A DNA stretch of 64,000 nt from Dendrobates tinctorius (lineage: Eukaryota). The notes under the pieces were generated by a model. It was not told where the DNA came from. It ran no database searches and was given only the letters and a program-made list of their open reading frames with translations. Location: assembly GCF_039654945.1 (NCBI RefSeq), contig NW_027361671.1:14632001-14696000 (forward strand), given 5' to 3'. The position numbers were made by a program, and so were the translations under genes. This document shows, one piece after another, positions 60,677-64,000 of the stretch. Each line of letters starts with the position of its first letter. The stretch's first letter is position 1.

Positions 60677-62960
60677 TGTAGGGTCGGTGGCTGAGGCAGG
60701 GGCCGGAGCTGGTCTTCAGGTGTTGCTGAAGATGGAAGGTGGGGAAGGTGTGCTGTGATTCTGGGGTGATAATGATGCTACAGGGCAAGGGGGGGTGACC
60801 CACCTCTCGGCGCAGACAGACTGGAGACTGAGCCAGGAAAGCGTATTCAACAGGTCTTTGTTTTATTCGCTGACTTCCTCAACAACTCCCGGTTGAGGAA
60901 CCTGGCTGTGTCTGATGGAGGCCACATTAGAATATACTTTGTAGCCGGTGTTGTCTCTAATGAAGCCATAGCCCTTGCCAGTGTCCATATAAACTAGTCA
61001 CCCGTATGATCGGGGGACAGACATACCAGCCTCTCCTTTCTCATGCAGGAGCCCCCAGATCTCCCGCTCTCTGGCCTTTTTTTCCTCAATGACCTCCGCA
61101 ATCCAGGCGGAGGGTCCGGTATAGGCCGCAGAGTCCGGTGGGCGGGTCGCGGTCAAGGTCGGGGGCGGGGCAGAAGCGGCCGCAGGCTCCGATGTGGTAT
61201 AGGCCGCAGCCAGCTTTGGCAGCGATGTCGGCGCAGCCGCAGGGGAGGCCGCAGCTGGTACCAAAACTTCCGCGTGCTCAGGCAAAGCAAACTCAAGCAG
61301 GATCACTGATGAAGCAGCGGCCGCACTTTCCGGTGAGTCGGACACTGCAGTTGATGGCCCGATTTCAGGAGTGGCCGGGAGCAGGCCAACACAGCGGCAG
61401 TCAGCTTGGCGGGGCCATGCCGTCATCCAGTACAGTAGGCGTCACAGTACAAGGCGTCGGGCGGGGAGGCCAAGGGCCGGTGTCGGGACCCCGTGGTCTG
61501 TCCAATGCATGGAGCTCAAGCAGGATCACTGATGAAGCAGTGGCCGCACTTTCCGGTGAGTCGGACACTGCAGTTGATGGCCCGATTTCAGTAGTGGCCA
61601 GGAGCATGGCGAATACAGCGGAATACAGTCGGGCGGGGAGGCCAAGGGCCGGTGTCGGGACCCCACGGTCTGTCCGATGCATGGAGTGGAGAGATGAGGT
61701 TGGGCTGGAGTGCTGCTGGCGGGACCGGGGACACGCTCACCTTCACAGTCGCTGCGGCTCCCTGCAGGCTTTCCCACTGCTCCCTTTTCAGCCATTGATC
61801 TTCACCCCGCCGTCCGACGGGGCCTCCAGGCCCGACAGCTCCGCAGGGAAACTCCCTGCGCAGGTCTCCATGTCTTGGCGCCACCGCCATTCCTGGCGTC
61901 CGATACCCCGAAAGCTACAGCGTCTCATGCCGTCCGAGGTCCAGTAGCTGAATGGCGCCAAACAGCCACAGCAGGTCTCTCCACCTGGGCCACTCCCGTT
62001 CTTGGGGGGTGCGGCGGTGGGCTTCTCCACCCATTTTCCAGGGTCCAGCATGAGGAAACAGCTCTCTTCAGACAAACACCACTCCCTCCAGGGGCGGATG
62101 TAATAAAGCCCCGGGTCATCCAGTACAATCAGCAAAGTCTGTCTCCCTCTCTTAGGATGCCAAAACATCACAGCCAGTCCACTTTTCTGCTCCGGTAGCA
62201 CTTATTGGCAACCAGCAATCCACAGTCCAATTTCAAATTGTAATCCACAGGGAACAAAACCAATTCTTCACCCCACACAGCTTGGGGCCTTTGTTACTTG
62301 GTGGCAGGTCTGCCGCTGAAGATGTTGTATTGGCAGCAAGTATCCTGCCGACTACGCCAAGAGTAGGGTCGGTGGCTGAGGCAGGGGCCAGAGCTGACCT
62401 TCAGGTGTTGCTGAAGATGGAAGGCGGGGAAGGTGTGCTGTGATGCTGGGGTGATAATGATGCTACAGGGCAAGGGGGGGTGACCCACCTCTCGGCGCAG
62501 ACAGACTGGAGACTGAGCCAGGAAAGCGTATTCATCAGGTCTTTGTTTTATTCGCCGACTTCCTCAACAACTTCCACAGACCATGACAGGACTCCTTGGG
62601 AATTGTTCTTCAAACAGACCCGGGTACCTTCTTTTTCTGACTGTGTGTCAATGTCGTGCTGTCCCCTGCAGTTCTCTTTGCTGTGGCTGCTCTAAGCACC
62701 TTCACCACAGCACTTCACCGACCAGAGTACACCGTGGTCTTCACTCTCCAAGTGTAACTGTCTGCTGCCACCACACAATGGGTCACCCCCCATAACCGTC
62801 TCCACTTTACAAACTCTCTTAGGGCTCTACCCAGTACAACAGACCTTCCTTCCTAGTGAGCTCCCCTGGCTGACTGAAGCTTATGGAAGCTTACCTCAGT
62901 ATTTGTACTGTCAGCCAGGATAGCCCCGCCCACTGTCACCTGAGTCACCTGTTGTCGACC
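60677..62960 (-). mobile_element. Deleted LTR element with a tRNA-Ser primer-binding site and a cold-shock-like coding remnant
   Basis: ~210-bp direct repeat at 60677-60887 and 62362-62572. ATCCTGCCGACTACGCCA (62342-62359) equals a tRNA-Ser 3' end and lies 2 nt from the LTR. Confidence 0.8.
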
Positions 62961-62963
62961 CTG

Positions 62964-64000
62964 TTTCCCAAGGGTCGACTTTTTAATTTATCTGTACCCG
63001 AACATGAGGCTATGCGTTCTTATATTAAGGAGTTGTTGGAGAAGGGTCATATTAGACCATCCTCTTCACCCTTGGGTGCTGGGGTTTTTTTTTGTGGCCA
63101 AGAAGGATAGTTCATTAAGGCCCTGTATTGACTATCGCTCCCTTAACAAAGTTACTGTTAAATATCAGTATCCGTTACCCCTGATTTCTGACCTATTTTC
63201 TAGAGTTGAAGGTGCTTGCTGGTTTACCAAGCTTGACCTCAGGGGGGCATATAATCTTATTCGCATTAAGCATGGGGATGAATGGAAGACAGCGTTTAAT
63301 ACTCCGGAGGGACATTTTGAGTACCTGGTGATGCCTTTTGGGCTCACTAATGCCCCTTCTGTCTTCCAGTGCTTCATGAATGATATTTTCTGGGAATTTG
63401 TGGATAAGTTTCTGATCATCTATTTGGATGATATTTTGATCTTTTCCAGGGATTGGGACTCTCATGTGGAACATGTTCGGACTGTGTTCCGGATTTTGAG
63501 GGAAAACTCCCTGTATGTTAAGGGATCGAAATGTCTTTTTGGTGTACAGAGGATTTCATTTTTGGGATTTATTTTGTCTCCGTCAACTATTGAAATGGAC
63601 CTGGCCAAGGTACAGGCCATTTATGATTGGGTTCAGCCCACTTCTTTGAAGGCTCTCCAGAAGTTTTTGGGTTTTGCTAATTTTTATCATAAGTTTATAG
63701 CCAATTTTTCTGTTATTGCCAAACCATTGACTGATTTGACTAAGAAGGGCGCTGATTTGCTGAATTGGTCTCCAGAGGCTGTTTCTTCTTTTAAGGAGCT
63801 GAAGTGGAGGTTCACGTCTTCTCTTGTTTTGCGACAACCCGATGTCTCACTTCCATTTTAGGTGGAGGTGAATGCTTCAGAGACTGGTGCAGGAGCTGTT
63901 TTGTCCCAAAAAGATCCTGTAACATCTAAAATGAACCCCTGTGCCTTCTTTTCCCGAAAGTTCTCTCCTTCGGAACGCAACTATGATGTGGGGAATCGAG
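62964..64000 (+). pseudogene. Gypsy RT/RNase H fragment, same family as 39105-44890
   Basis: ORF 63004..63861 is nearly identical to the RT of 40063..42564. Runs off the window. Confidence 0.93.

Noticed and set aside
61300-61565. CTGATGA motifs at ~61306 and ~61529 as hammerheads
   Set aside because: No helix II followed by GAAA. They belong to an internal duplication.
62342-62359. tRNA-Ser gene (also 37029-37046)
   Set aside because: Only the 3' 18 nt including CCA, next to an LTR, so it is a primer-binding site.

Overview
Vertebrate genomic DNA, most likely a frog judging by the repeat families. It is made almost entirely of nested transposable elements, and no host gene could be firmly identified. 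Contents: two CR1 and several L2 LINE pieces; a Neptune-like Penelope element (RT plus GIY-YIG, one nonsense codon) with 2.23-kb inverted arms, a 15-bp TSD and a hammerhead ribozyme in each arm; a full-length sushi-like chromodomain Gypsy element with a Tf1-type self-priming signal and a 6-bp TSD, inserted in a ~425-bp satellite; a decayed DD34E Tc1 and an intact DD36E (Incomer-type) transposon; hAT and Harbinger-type elements, one carrying an 18S rRNA fragment; and tRNA-Ser-primed LTR elements, one with a cold-shock-domain-like segment. The most striking pattern is a set of sequence-unrelated fold-back insertions built as TSD, tail, arm, inverted arm, TSD and carrying minimal type I hammerheads. 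One is a 992-bp non-coding element that forms a spacer-less palindrome with two back-to-back hammerheads at its apex. All coordinates and identities were read by eye.
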